A stretch of 64,000 bases of DNA from Candidatus Saccharimonadota bacterium (GTDB lineage Bacteria; Patescibacteriota; Saccharimonadia; Saccharimonadales; UBA10212): the NCBI GenBank assembly GCA_016176605.1, contig JACOWW010000003.1:30138-94137 (forward strand), written 5' to 3'. The notes under the pieces were generated by a model, which ran no database searches, was not told the DNA's origin, and saw nothing but the letters and a program-made list of their open reading frames with translations. The translations under genes and the position numbers were made by a program. The number at the start of each line of letters is the position of its first letter. Position 1 is the first letter of the stretch. Below are positions 8,028 through 16,851 of this stretch, piece by piece.

Positions 8028-8061
8028 TGTTCTTTGTTCAGAACTTGACATAGGTTTTGAC
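8028..8061. repeat. 34-bp direct repeat, copy B (the functional 3' end of the PPIase gene)
   Basis: See 7217-7250. The two copies bracket the vapBC module. Confidence 0.85.
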
Positions 8062-9156
8062 GGGCTGCGTCTTTTTTAATTCATCAATGTAGGTGCTAAT
8101 GTCTTTTAAGTTAAAGGAGATGTGTTGGGCATTGACGGTGGTACCGTCGCTTTGATTAACCTTTACAATCTCAAAGGTGTTCGGACGGCTGACGTCCGTA
8201 CGGCTAGCTAAGATGATGTCCGACACTTCGCCTGGCTTGAGCCTAAACAACTGGTCGATAACTTCCGGCGGCACATTGGGATTGGTTTTGGTAATGCCAA
8301 AACCGTAGTCGCCGCCATTTTCTTTATCTGACGCGTCGGAAGCCTCTTTGGCTAGTTGACCAAAGTCGGTGCCGCTTTTAGCGTGTTTTAAAAAGCCCTC
8401 GGCTTTGGCCGCAGTAGCAGCGTCCAACTTGGCGGCCACTTTGGTAGCTAGCATCTGCTCTTTTAAGCTGCGCTTAAAATCGGTGATGGACCAGCCCCAG
8501 TAATCGCGCAGGACATCGGCAAACACTTTGTCGTTACTGCCCAACCGGTTTTGGTTGCGCACAGCTGTAATTTGGGCGTCGATTTCCCTGTCGGTAACTT
8601 TCACCTTGTTCTTATCAGCCAAAATTTTGACGTAAGCATTATTGATAACATCTTCCATTGCCTGCTTGCGGAACGACAGGATTTGTTGTTCGCCGCCGAA
8701 CTTATTTTGCTGCTTATTTTCGTAATAGTGGATGTAGTGCCGAAGCTCGAATAGATAATTTTCGTAGTTAACATAGGTGCCGCCGGTACGGGCTATGGGG
8801 AATGGGACTACTTGAGTAATTCTGTAAAGAAAAGTGTTGTAGTGGTACAAACGGTAAAGGGCGGTTGCACTGTACGCCAAAAAAGCTAGCAATGTAAAAA
8901 TAATAATGATAGTTGTGATAACCACGATGCGGTGCTTGGAATGCTGTAAGGGGTAGATGTATCTACGGGCGCCAGAGAGGACTTCCTCGCGGTGTTCGCC
9001 GATAGTCTCGGTGGTTATTTTTGGTATGTCTTTAAGCTGGGGCGGCTCTTGCTCGACAGGAGCCAAAGGATTGAGTGTCGCCGCCTTTTCGCTCACCAGC
9101 TCCGGCAAGCGTTCACTAACCTTTTTGGCTTTGCGAAGACGTTTCCGAAACTTCAT
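8038..9156 (-). CDS. Membrane-anchored parvulin-type peptidyl-prolyl isomerase (PrsA/PpiD-like)
   Basis: N-terminal TM segment, SurA-like region and a PpiC-type domain (FGQLAKEASD..GGDYGF..PEVIDQLFRLKPGEVSDII). Confidence 0.7.
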   Translation of the reverse strand: MKFRKRLRKAKKVSERLPELVSEKAATLNPLAPVEQEPPQLKDIPKITTETIGEHREEVLSGARRYIYPLQHSKHRIVVITTIIIIFTLLAFLAYSATALYRLYHYNTFLYRITQVVPFPIARTGGTYVNYENYLFELRHYIHYYENKQQNKFGGEQQILSFRKQAMEDVINNAYVKILADKNKVKVTDREIDAQITAVRNQNRLGSNDKVFADVLRDYWGWSITDFKRSLKEQMLATKVAAKLDAATAAKAEGFLKHAKSGTDFGQLAKEASDASDKENGGDYGFGITKTNPNVPPEVIDQLFRLKPGEVSDIILASRTDVSRPNTFEIVKVNQSDGTTVNAQHISFNLKDISTYIDELKKTQPVKTYVKF

Positions 9157-9208
9157 TTATTCTCCGTAAGATAGGGTTCAGTGAACAGTAAACAGGTCTT
9201 AGCAACTA

Positions 9209-9240
9209 CTGTAACCTGTCCACTGTAACCTGTAACCTGT
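9209..9240. repeat. 7-nt tandem array (CTGTAAC-type)
   Basis: ctgtaacctgtccactgtaacctgtaacctgt in the spacer between two minus-strand genes. Confidence 0.85.
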
Positions 9241-9247
9241 TTTATGT

Positions 9248-9823
9248 TCATGATTCAATAACGCGCTGGTCTTCGTTCACCGGCCTTTGTGTGTGGTGTA
9301 TGCCCAAATCCCGCAGTATATGCACCATTTTGGCTTGGACTTTTTCGGGGTGGTGCACATTATGGATAACCAAATCCCCCACATACGTTTGCACCACTAT
9401 TGTACCAAACTGTAAAACTGTTTCTTCGAGCCCGGTGATTTGATAATTGATCATTTGGATCTGATCCAAGCCAATGTCCACCACGTTAATTTGCAGCAAA
9501 CTGCGCGTCTGTTGTATGAAACGACGGTCGGTCATAATGTAAACGCTGAAGTACCAGCGCACCCACCAAGGGAAAATCAAAATCATCGCCAGCCCAAAGC
9601 CGGCGGCCAGACCCCCAAAAAAATAGTTGTATTCCGGCTTGATAAGTGCCGGTATCATGCCGGCCAGCAGGCCAGCAGAAGCTAGCAGCAGGCCTTTGCG
9701 CATCACAATCGGGTGTTTGCGAAAGACCAGCCGCACTTCCTCGTCGTCAAATTGTTCTTTGAAATATTTAGGTTTTATTGGAGCCTTGGTTTTCAGTTCC
9801 TGCTCTGGCTCTTTTTTGCTCAT
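9248..9823 (-). CDS. Membrane protein with bacterial PH (YdbS/YdbT-like) domain
   Basis: Two TM segments followed by the YIMTDRRFIQQ...LDQIQMINY pattern. Confidence 0.5.
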   Translation of the reverse strand: MSKKEPEQELKTKAPIKPKYFKEQFDDEEVRLVFRKHPIVMRKGLLLASAGLLAGMIPALIKPEYNYFFGGLAAGFGLAMILIFPWWVRWYFSVYIMTDRRFIQQTRSLLQINVVDIGLDQIQMINYQITGLEETVLQFGTIVVQTYVGDLVIHNVHHPEKVQAKMVHILRDLGIHHTQRPVNEDQRVIES

Positions 9824-9862
9824 GATTATAGCCTATAGCCTTTAGCTCTTAGCGTCTAGCCT

Positions 9863-9938
9863 TGGTGACCCGGGAGGGAATCGAACCCCCAACATTCGCC
9901 TTAGGACGGCGACGTTCTATCCGTTGAACTACCGGGCC
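9863..9938 (-). tRNA. tRNA-Arg (anticodon CCT)
   Basis: Acceptor GGCCCGG/CCGGGTC, D arm GTTC..GAAC, anticodon stem TCGCC/GGCGA with loop GTCCTAA, T arm GGGGG-TTCGATT-CCCTC, encoded CCA. Confidence 0.8.
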
Positions 9939-9975
9939 ATTAAGCTGCAAGGGCATCTAAGTTATTGTACCTGTT

Positions 9976-10527
9976 TTAATATGTGTGAAGTTCCTCTTCG
10001 GAAAACCACAGGCCGATTTCTAGTTCGGCTTCTTCCTTACTGCCTGAGGCATGGACCAGGTTTTTGATAGAACGCTTTTCGACGTTAGCCAAAATGGCCG
10101 AATCTTCGGAATAATCACCCCTAATGGTGCCTTTTTCGGCTTTAATGGGAATGGTGTGGCCGGCGATGTCCCTCACTTTCTTAATGGCGCCGGTTCCTTG
10201 CAAAACAAGGGCGATAACCGGACCAGAGACCAGAAAATCGACCAGCCACTTTTGCAGCTGCAGACCAATAGCGTGGACATCCTGCGTACCAAAATTGGTC
10301 AACGGATCATGCCCGATCTCGTGATAACTTTCCAAGGTTTTGCGGCCCATGCCTTTTATGAACTCGCGCCTGTTCTTGGGATAATGTTGATGGGCCAGCT
10401 CCTCGCTGGGCCAAACCATTTTGGTGGCCACGAGCTTTAAGCCGGCTTTTTCAAAGCGGCTTATTATCTCCCCAACTAGCCCACGCTGCAGGGCATCAGG
10501 CTTTAGTAAAACCAGGGTTTGTTCCAT
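9976..10527 (-). CDS. ndk: Nucleoside diphosphate kinase (long form with an internal insertion)
   Basis: MEQTLVLLKPDA, RFEKAGLKLVA and NLVHASGSKEEAELEIGLWF. The ATG at 10527 is preferred over the TTG at 10539. Confidence 0.75.
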   Translation of the reverse strand: MEQTLVLLKPDALQRGLVGEIISRFEKAGLKLVATKMVWPSEELAHQHYPKNRREFIKGMGRKTLESYHEIGHDPLTNFGTQDVHAIGLQLQKWLVDFLVSGPVIALVLQGTGAIKKVRDIAGHTIPIKAEKGTIRGDYSEDSAILANVEKRSIKNLVHASGSKEEAELEIGLWFSEEELHTY

Positions 10528-10633
10528 TGTCGAAGACAACTGTAACAGATGAAGATGGAATTTACAAGATGAATATTTTTTGTGTTCAGCAGTATCATCC
10601 GTGTCGTAAAATATTATTTGCTACAATAAGCAT

Positions 10634-11575
10634 ATGGGTTATGAAAATGCAGTTAGTCAGTTTCTGGAATATTTAGAGCTGGAGCAAAACCGCTCGCAAA
10701 AAACGATTGAGAATTATAGTCACTACCTGACCCGACTCAGTGATTTTGCCGGCGACATCAAGCTTAAAGACATTAACGAGCAACTAATCCGTAAATGGCG
10801 CCTTTGGCTAAACCGTTTAGGTACAAATACATCCGATGAACTGTCCAAAACAACCCAAAATTATCATTTAATCGCTCTGCGCAGTTTTTTACGTTTTTGT
10901 GCCAAGCGTGAACTGCCTGCCCTGGCGCCGGACAAGATTGAACTGGCGCGCACCAAACGGCCGCAGGTGACTTTTTTAAACCTTGAGGAAATCGAAAGAT
11001 TATTTGCCCAACCAGACACTACAAAATTAACGGGTATAAGAGACCGGGCAATTTTGGAGCTATTGTTTTCCAGCGGCCTGCGAGTTTCCGAACTGGTCGG
11101 GCTGGACCGTGATCATATTAATTTAAGGCGGCGCGAGTTTATGGTGCGCGGCAAAGGCCAAAAAGACCGGCCGATTTTTATCAGCCCGGAAGCGGCCGAG
11201 TGGATACAGCGCTACCTGGACAAGCGCCAAGATAATACCAAACCGCTATTTATCAGATACAGTGGCAGTAAAAAAGTCGATTTAAGCGGCAATTATCATC
11301 GTTTGACTGCCCGCAGCATGCAAAGGATGGTCGCCCGCTATGCCTTAGCTGCCGGAATCACTAAACACGTCAGCCCGCACACGATGCGCCACAGCATGGC
11401 AACCGACTTATTGATGAACGGGGCAGATCTTCGCTCAGTCCAAGCCATGCTTGGCCACTCCAACATCGCCACCACCCAAATCTACACCCATGTCACCGAC
11501 CCCCATCTTAAAGCAGTGCATGAGAAATTCCACCGGCGGGTACCGGCTGGTACCCGCCACCGCGCCAAGAAATAG
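10634..11575 (+). CDS. Tyrosine site-specific recombinase (XerC/XerD family)
   Basis: SAM-like N-domain. Catalytic region RVSELVGL...HTMRHSMATDLL...LGHSNIATTQIYTHV. TACAAT lies 6 nt upstream of the ATG. Confidence 0.85.
   Translation: MGYENAVSQFLEYLELEQNRSQKTIENYSHYLTRLSDFAGDIKLKDINEQLIRKWRLWLNRLGTNTSDELSKTTQNYHLIALRSFLRFCAKRELPALAPDKIELARTKRPQVTFLNLEEIERLFAQPDTTKLTGIRDRAILELLFSSGLRVSELVGLDRDHINLRRREFMVRGKGQKDRPIFISPEAAEWIQRYLDKRQDNTKPLFIRYSGSKKVDLSGNYHRLTARSMQRMVARYALAAGITKHVSPHTMRHSMATDLLMNGADLRSVQAMLGHSNIATTQIYTHVTDPHLKAVHEKFHRRVPAGTRHRAKK
11530..11563. repeat. 34-bp hairpin-forming repeat, copy 1 (inside the recombinase 3' end)
   Basis: CCACCGGCGGGTACCGGCTGGTACCCGCCACCGC. The 10-bp stem is GGCGGGTACC/GGTACCCGCC. 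33/34 identical to 11777-11810. Confidence 0.85.
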
Positions 11576-11593
11576 CAATCCAGCCGATGTATA

Positions 11594-11711
11594 ACAAAAA
11601 TACGCGATCGCATATTTTTGTGTCATATCGTAACTGAATGCATATCACGACAGTAAAATAAAAACAGATCAAATCGCAGTGTAACAAAAATCAGCGATCG
11701 CTGATTTTTGT
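11594..11711. repeat. Two 28-bp palindromes centred on GCGATCGC
   Basis: acaaaaatacGCGATCGCatatttttgt (11594-11621) and the perfect palindrome acaaaaatcaGCGATCGCtgatttttgt (11684-11711). Confidence 0.85.
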
Positions 11712-11776
11712 TATGCATGTTGTATATTGTATATGCATGTAGGGGTTAATTTTGTCAGGGCGGACATGAAAAAAAT

Positions 11777-11810
11777 CCACCGGCGGGTACCAGCTGGTAC
11801 CCGCCACCGC
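11777..11810. repeat. 34-bp hairpin-forming repeat, copy 2
   Basis: Still reads HRRVPAGTRHR in frame, as in the recombinase tail; the single difference is synonymous. Confidence 0.85.
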
Positions 11811-11818
11811 ATCAAAGA

Positions 11819-12250
11819 CTAATTACCGACGGCTTTGCCGCGCCGATGCAGAAACTCGGCTGGTTTAACAATTTTGATTCCTTGATAACTCTTTAGTCCC
11901 AGGAGGTGGCGATCGCCGCTGATGATGTAGTCGCAATGACCAATTAGCGCGGTTTCGATGAATTTATTATCGTCCGCGTCGGGGCTGACTTTGACCGTGT
12001 GAGCGCCTAGTTTAACCAGTTCAGCATCCTGACGCAGAGATTCTTCAAGCAGGCCAAGTTGAGGGGTATAGAGCGGGAATTTTTGGATAATTTTACGTCG
12101 TAGCTCACTTAGCCCCTCTGTACTGATAACAGCTTCTATTCCTCTGTCAACGAATAAATCGAGTATCTTGCCCGGATTGCCGCCAAATACTAAGGCAGAT
12201 ATCCAGACATTTGTATCAATTACCACCCTCAGTTTTGGGGCAGTTGTCAT
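11819..12250 (-). CDS. PIN-domain toxin (PIN_3/TIGR00305-like)
   Basis: VVIDTNVWISALVFGG N-terminus; 143 aa; 3 nt downstream of the RHH gene. Confidence 0.7.
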   Translation of the reverse strand: MTTAPKLRVVIDTNVWISALVFGGNPGKILDLFVDRGIEAVISTEGLSELRRKIIQKFPLYTPQLGLLEESLRQDAELVKLGAHTVKVSPDADDNKFIETALIGHCDYIISGDRHLLGLKSYQGIKIVKPAEFLHRRGKAVGN

Positions 12251-12253
12251 TAA

Positions 12254-12481
12254 TTATTCTTCTAAGATTTTGTAGACTTGTTGTTCGCTGGTAATACCCA
12301 TTCGTTTACCGACCTTACGCCCAGTGTATATCAGCTGCTGCCAGCGGAGGCGGCGCTCCAAATCGTTGAGTGCCAGACGACGGAAGTATTCGCTACGGCT
12401 TCCCATGTCTTTTTTAACAGCTTTATCTATTTCTTTAAGCAACTTGTCAGGCAAGGCAATGTTGATGGTTTTAGTGGCCAT
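12254..12481 (-). CDS. Ribbon-helix-helix (CopG-family) antitoxin
   Basis: TINIALPDKLLKEIDKAV...SRSEYFRRLALNDL. Confidence 0.65.
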   Translation of the reverse strand: MATKTINIALPDKLLKEIDKAVKKDMGSRSEYFRRLALNDLERRLRWQQLIYTGRKVGKRMGITSEQQVYKILEE

Positions 12482-12641
12482 ACCATTCCCCTTTCTATAT
12501 TCTACTTACTACACATATTGTATAGGTTTTGTATAGAATGTGTCAATGCACGAAAAATTCCGTTGGGCAAAAAATGATGAAAGCTCCGAACAAGTCCAAG
12601 CCAAAATTTGCTCTTTTTGGCTCATTAAAATTGTTATTTGA

Positions 12642-13364
12642 TTACCTCTTCTGTGCAACAAAAGAATATCCTATAGGAAATCTTTTAATATGTTCTGCTC
12701 TTAATTTCTCGTAAGTTGTTGTCTTAATAAATTGTTTCCAGATTAAGTGGGTGAGTTTATAGGCAACCCTACTCTCAGAAAACATCTTTTGTGTAGCATC
12801 AATAAGAATGTCGGGGCCTCCGCCATACTGATGTAATTCAACAACATCGAGGTTATTATCTTTTGCCAGCGCAGCAAGCGAATATTCTGTGTATCTATAA
12901 TAATCGTTTGGTTGTTCGTGGATCCAGTACATAAATGGTACAAAAATGATAATCTTCCCCGACCTTCTTAAAACCCTTGAACATTCACTAATTAACAAGC
13001 CTGGATCCTTGATGTGCTCGAGAACGTCAGCCAGTAAAACTGTATCAAATTTGTTCTCCTCAAAAGGTAGTCCAAGATTTACATCAGCTATCACATCAAT
13101 ATGCCTTAGGTCATGGAGTGATTTGGCCCAGTCAACACATACCACTGAGTCAGTCTTATCCTTGTACACTCCATAATAAGGTACAGTGCCTGCACCAATG
13201 TCTAATAAATCACCGCTGGCATGCCTCTCAAGTACATCAACATAGTCTTTGCACTCAAGTTTTCCAACATGCTCAGAACGTAAGCCGACAAAACTTTCAT
13301 TGGAATACCATTTTCCATCTCTGAGCAAGATCTTGGATGGTTGCCAACCCTCTTCGTTTTTCAT
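12642..13364 (-). CDS. Class I SAM-dependent methyltransferase
   Basis: LLDIGAGT motif I and VLLADVLEHIKDP. Confidence 0.7.
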   Translation of the reverse strand: MKNEEGWQPSKILLRDGKWYSNESFVGLRSEHVGKLECKDYVDVLERHASGDLLDIGAGTVPYYGVYKDKTDSVVCVDWAKSLHDLRHIDVIADVNLGLPFEENKFDTVLLADVLEHIKDPGLLISECSRVLRRSGKIIIFVPFMYWIHEQPNDYYRYTEYSLAALAKDNNLDVVELHQYGGGPDILIDATQKMFSESRVAYKLTHLIWKQFIKTTTYEKLRAEHIKRFPIGYSFVAQKR

Positions 13365-13488
13365 AAACCTTACTATTACATAATTTCTCTTTCTTTACTA
13401 AAAGTTACCGCTATAAAATTTTATACTCTTTAGCTTTTTATAAAATATTGTTAAGAGTAGTCTTTGTTATAAGTATCAGAACTAGAAC

Positions 13489-15201
13489 TTAATGAATAAC
13501 ACTATATTTACCCTCGGGCATTTTAAGTACACTATTGATGCCAAGCTCCTGTAAAAATTCGGGGTCGTGTGAAACTACCATTAAAGTGCCTTTATAAGTC
13601 TTAAGTGAGTATGCAAGTTTTTCTCGATATACAGGAGTTAGATAGCTTGTTGGCTCATCTAAAATAATTAAGTTTGGCTTTTTTGCCATTATTACAGCCA
13701 GTTGAGCGCGTGCTTGTTCGTCCTTATATCTAATTTCGTCGACTTTAGTAGAGTAATATTCATTTCCACCGAAACCCCAGTAATCCATAATTTTACCCAC
13801 GCCAACAGATGCGGCTTGAGAACGAATATGGTCACGTAGAGTCATGTCTTCATTTGCTAGCTCTGTATAGGGAGAGTAGTAGCCGAATTTGATGCTTGGC
13901 CCAAATTTCACCTCCCCCTCAACTACCATATCTTTTCGCAGCCCCGCGACTACTTTTAATAGGGTGCTTTTACCGCTCCCGTTTCTGCCGACAATGGCTA
14001 ATCGATCCCCTTTTTGGATTAGCAGATTTTGCAAATCTACCACATTAGTACCTTGATCATCTCCGCTTTCATAAGCAATATCTAATTTCGGTATTTCCAA
14101 GACTTTAAGGCTTCCGCCTGTAGCACTTTCGAAGCTCAGTTTTAATTGACGTTTTCGCGAATTAATAATTTCTAAGCCCGGGAAACTGGAAAGTTCTTGC
14201 TGCATTCTTTCAAGCCGAGTTTGGGCAGCTCTGTAAACTTGAGCCATATCCGCACTTTTCCGTGCCATTGGTTGGAGCTGTTTTACATGAAGAGCCCAAT
14301 TTTCGACTTCCTCACGTTTTTGTTCGGCTTCCTCAACCCAGTGATTTATAATTTTAGCTCTTTCTTCTAAGAAGGTGTTCAAGCCTGTAGAACACTGAAC
14401 CACAAGTCCAGTTTCTGTAATTTCAATGACTTTATTAGCAACGCTTTCGGTGAAAGACATATCGGAAGTAGCAATAACTACTGCCTGTCTAGATCCCTGT
14501 AAATATGTGGCAAGCCATTGCCGTGACTTTACATCTAAATGAACAGAGGGTTCATTCATAATAATTATCCCTGCTTTTGAAAAAAGCGCTCTGCCAACGA
14601 TAATCTTTGAAGTTTGTCCGCTGCTTAATTCGCTAATTAACGTATCTTTAGTAACTTCATCGTGTGGATTTGCTGCCACATTTAATCCAGATATTATTTC
14701 ATTAACTTCATTCTCAGCGCTCCATCCACCCAAGAATTCGTATTGCTCCTGTAACTTACCGACCTTATCTATTATGCTTGGACTAACGGCCATTAGTTCA
14801 TATAATCTGTGAAGTTCTTCAGCAATATCAAGCAAGCCTCTTCCCTCATAAAAATAATCTCTTATGGTCATTGTAGGGTCGACAGCTTCAGGTAGCGAAG
14901 GTTCTACATATTCTATTTTTGAATTTGAAGACCTTTGAATTACGCCAGATCGAGGGCTTATACGACCAGCTAGTATATCAGTAACTTCTTCGCGAGCACG
15001 AACATTGTCACCAATGATTGCAACAACTGAACTTTTATCAATATTAATAGTCACAGGTCGAAAATAATCTCCCTCAATCTCTGTTGCAACGAGTTGCGTA
15101 CCTTCTGCTCGATCTTGCTCACGACGTACCCTGGGAGGACTATCATCTGCATCAGGAACAAAAAGATTGAAATTAAAAGCGGATTTAGGTTTTTTCTCCA
15201 T
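13489..15201 (-). CDS. ABC-F family ATPase (two NBDs, no TM domain), first ATP site degenerate
   Basis: NBD2 is canonical: GRNGSGKSTLLK, ILDEPTSYL. NBD1 has IIGDNVRAREEV in place of Walker A, LSSGQ, and NEPSVHLD. A ~80-aa charged linker joins them. The ATG at 15201 (MEKKPKS) is preferred over 15279. Confidence 0.75.
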   Translation of the reverse strand: MEKKPKSAFNFNLFVPDADDSPPRVRREQDRAEGTQLVATEIEGDYFRPVTINIDKSSVVAIIGDNVRAREEVTDILAGRISPRSGVIQRSSNSKIEYVEPSLPEAVDPTMTIRDYFYEGRGLLDIAEELHRLYELMAVSPSIIDKVGKLQEQYEFLGGWSAENEVNEIISGLNVAANPHDEVTKDTLISELSSGQTSKIIVGRALFSKAGIIIMNEPSVHLDVKSRQWLATYLQGSRQAVVIATSDMSFTESVANKVIEITETGLVVQCSTGLNTFLEERAKIINHWVEEAEQKREEVENWALHVKQLQPMARKSADMAQVYRAAQTRLERMQQELSSFPGLEIINSRKRQLKLSFESATGGSLKVLEIPKLDIAYESGDDQGTNVVDLQNLLIQKGDRLAIVGRNGSGKSTLLKVVAGLRKDMVVEGEVKFGPSIKFGYYSPYTELANEDMTLRDHIRSQAASVGVGKIMDYWGFGGNEYYSTKVDEIRYKDEQARAQLAVIMAKKPNLIILDEPTSYLTPVYREKLAYSLKTYKGTLMVVSHDPEFLQELGINSVLKMPEGKYSVIH

Positions 15202-15344
15202 AAAAGTATATACTACCATTAAATGAGCTATAATACAATTTACTGTTCTGCAGCAGTGGCTGCTGTTGCTAAAGTCCATTTTTGGTGTTATAGTTTAGCT
15301 AATACTGAAGTAATAGATATTCATTACATTACATATTCTCAATC

Positions 15345-15746
15345 ATGAAAACTGTATTTCTTTCTGGACCAATAAAAGGAATCTCTAGAGATGAATCTTT
15401 AGCATGGCGCGATGAGGCAAGAAAGTTATTGAAAGAAAAGTTTAATGTAGTACACGCATTACGTGGCCGAGAAGTGAAAGAAACCTTACCAGATAGCCGT
15501 ATCGCTATTCAACGGGACAAAGCCGACATACTCCGGTCGGATGTGATCTTAATAAACGACACCAGTCCTTCGACTTCGATGATTGGTACCTCAATGGAGG
15601 TTCTTTTTGCATTCGAAAATAATAAATTAGTTGTAGTTTTTGGATCAGCCCATGCTCAAGATTACTGGCTACTATATCATTCACATGTGAGATTCAACAA
15701 TCTTAAAGAAGCTTGTAAATTCTTAAATAAATCCTACCATGATTAA
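15345..15746 (+). CDS. Nucleoside 2-deoxyribosyltransferase-like protein
   Basis: VFLSGPIKG N-terminus and SDVILIND...IGTSMEVLFAFENNKLVVVF fit the NDT-family pattern. Motif-level call only. Confidence 0.45.
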   Translation: MKTVFLSGPIKGISRDESLAWRDEARKLLKEKFNVVHALRGREVKETLPDSRIAIQRDKADILRSDVILINDTSPSTSMIGTSMEVLFAFENNKLVVVFGSAHAQDYWLLYHSHVRFNNLKEACKFLNKSYHD

Positions 15747-16851
15747 ACTTTTCGAGCCATCCGTGGATTTTCGTGAAAATGAAGAGGTTTTAGATGTATT
15801 ACAAAGTGGCACGTTAGCACGAGGCTTAAAAGTTGAAGAGTTCGAACGGGAACTTGCCAGTAGATTAGGCAAAGAACATGCAGTCGCATTATCTAATGGC
15901 TCCTCGGCTTTACATTTAAGCGTACGGTCTATGGGATGGAAAGAGGGGGACAAAATATTTACCTCGCCCTACAGCTTCATTGCAGTCCCTAATAGCTTAC
16001 TATACGAAAAGTGTCAGCCAGTATTTGGTGATGTTGACTATGATCTACAACTAACTCCGGAAAGTACCGTCGATGCACTAGAGAGAGATACGGACATTAA
16101 AGGCGTGATTCTGCCTCACATGTTAGGTAAAGATGCTTGTTTAGAAAAATGGCAGGATGTTTTAGATATCCATCCGGAGGTTAGTGTTATTGAAGACGCA
16201 TCTCAGACATTTGCTCCTAGAGAATACGGCCTAAGCGTAGGTAAGATTGGTTCAGCTGTCATTTATAGTTTTCACCAAAACAAAATAATTACTACTGGGG
16301 GAGAAGGAGGTGGACTTGTGACAAACGATCCTGCTGTTGCTGAAAGAGCACGATCTGAAAGAGAACATGGACTCATGCGCCACCCGGATTGGCAAAATAA
16401 GATTAGCATCGGCTTTAACTACCGCATGACAGAGCTCCAAGCAGCAGTAGGCGTGGCACAGTTAGAAAAGCTAGATGATGTTTTACGTCGCCGAGAGGAT
16501 TTAGCCCAACGCTACACAGAAAGGCTACAAGATAATGCAAATATATACCTTCCAGCAATGGATAGAAAAAGCTGGTTCGGATTCTACATTGAAGCAGAAG
16601 ACGAATCGTTAATTCCAGGTGTTAGTTTTGCGCTTGCAAAAAACAATATTGAATTTAAAGTAAATCCATTTCCTGTCCTCCCGCATTTTAGACACATTAG
16701 AGAATTAGTAGGAGATGACGTGGCAAAGAGATATAACAAACTTGCAAGACGAGCTGCTAGGATAATACTTCTGCCTCTCCATCCAAATCTGAGACAGACC
16801 GACGTTGACTATATTTGTGAGGTTATTGATGATGCAATCACCACTTCTTGA
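15739..16851 (+). CDS. DegT/DnrJ/EryC1/StrS-family sugar aminotransferase (PLP-dependent)
   Basis: SGTLARGLKVEEFE, ALSNGSSALHL and SFHQNKIITTGGEGGGLVTND (PLP lysine context). Confidence 0.85.
   Translation: MIKLFEPSVDFRENEEVLDVLQSGTLARGLKVEEFERELASRLGKEHAVALSNGSSALHLSVRSMGWKEGDKIFTSPYSFIAVPNSLLYEKCQPVFGDVDYDLQLTPESTVDALERDTDIKGVILPHMLGKDACLEKWQDVLDIHPEVSVIEDASQTFAPREYGLSVGKIGSAVIYSFHQNKIITTGGEGGGLVTNDPAVAERARSEREHGLMRHPDWQNKISIGFNYRMTELQAAVGVAQLEKLDDVLRRREDLAQRYTERLQDNANIYLPAMDRKSWFGFYIEAEDESLIPGVSFALAKNNIEFKVNPFPVLPHFRHIRELVGDDVAKRYNKLARRAARIILLPLHPNLRQTDVDYICEVIDDAITTS

Noticed and set aside
11594-11711. GCGATCGC palindromes as cyanobacterial HIP1 (implying cyanobacterial origin)
   Set aside because: Only two copies were seen in 64 kb, both inside longer A/T-rich palindromes. 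Gene content is not cyanobacterial.
12599-12622. Hairpin AGCCAAAA-tttgctc-TTTTGGCT as a confident terminator
   Set aside because: The stem is real, but neither strand has a proper U-tract after it. It was not listed as a feature.
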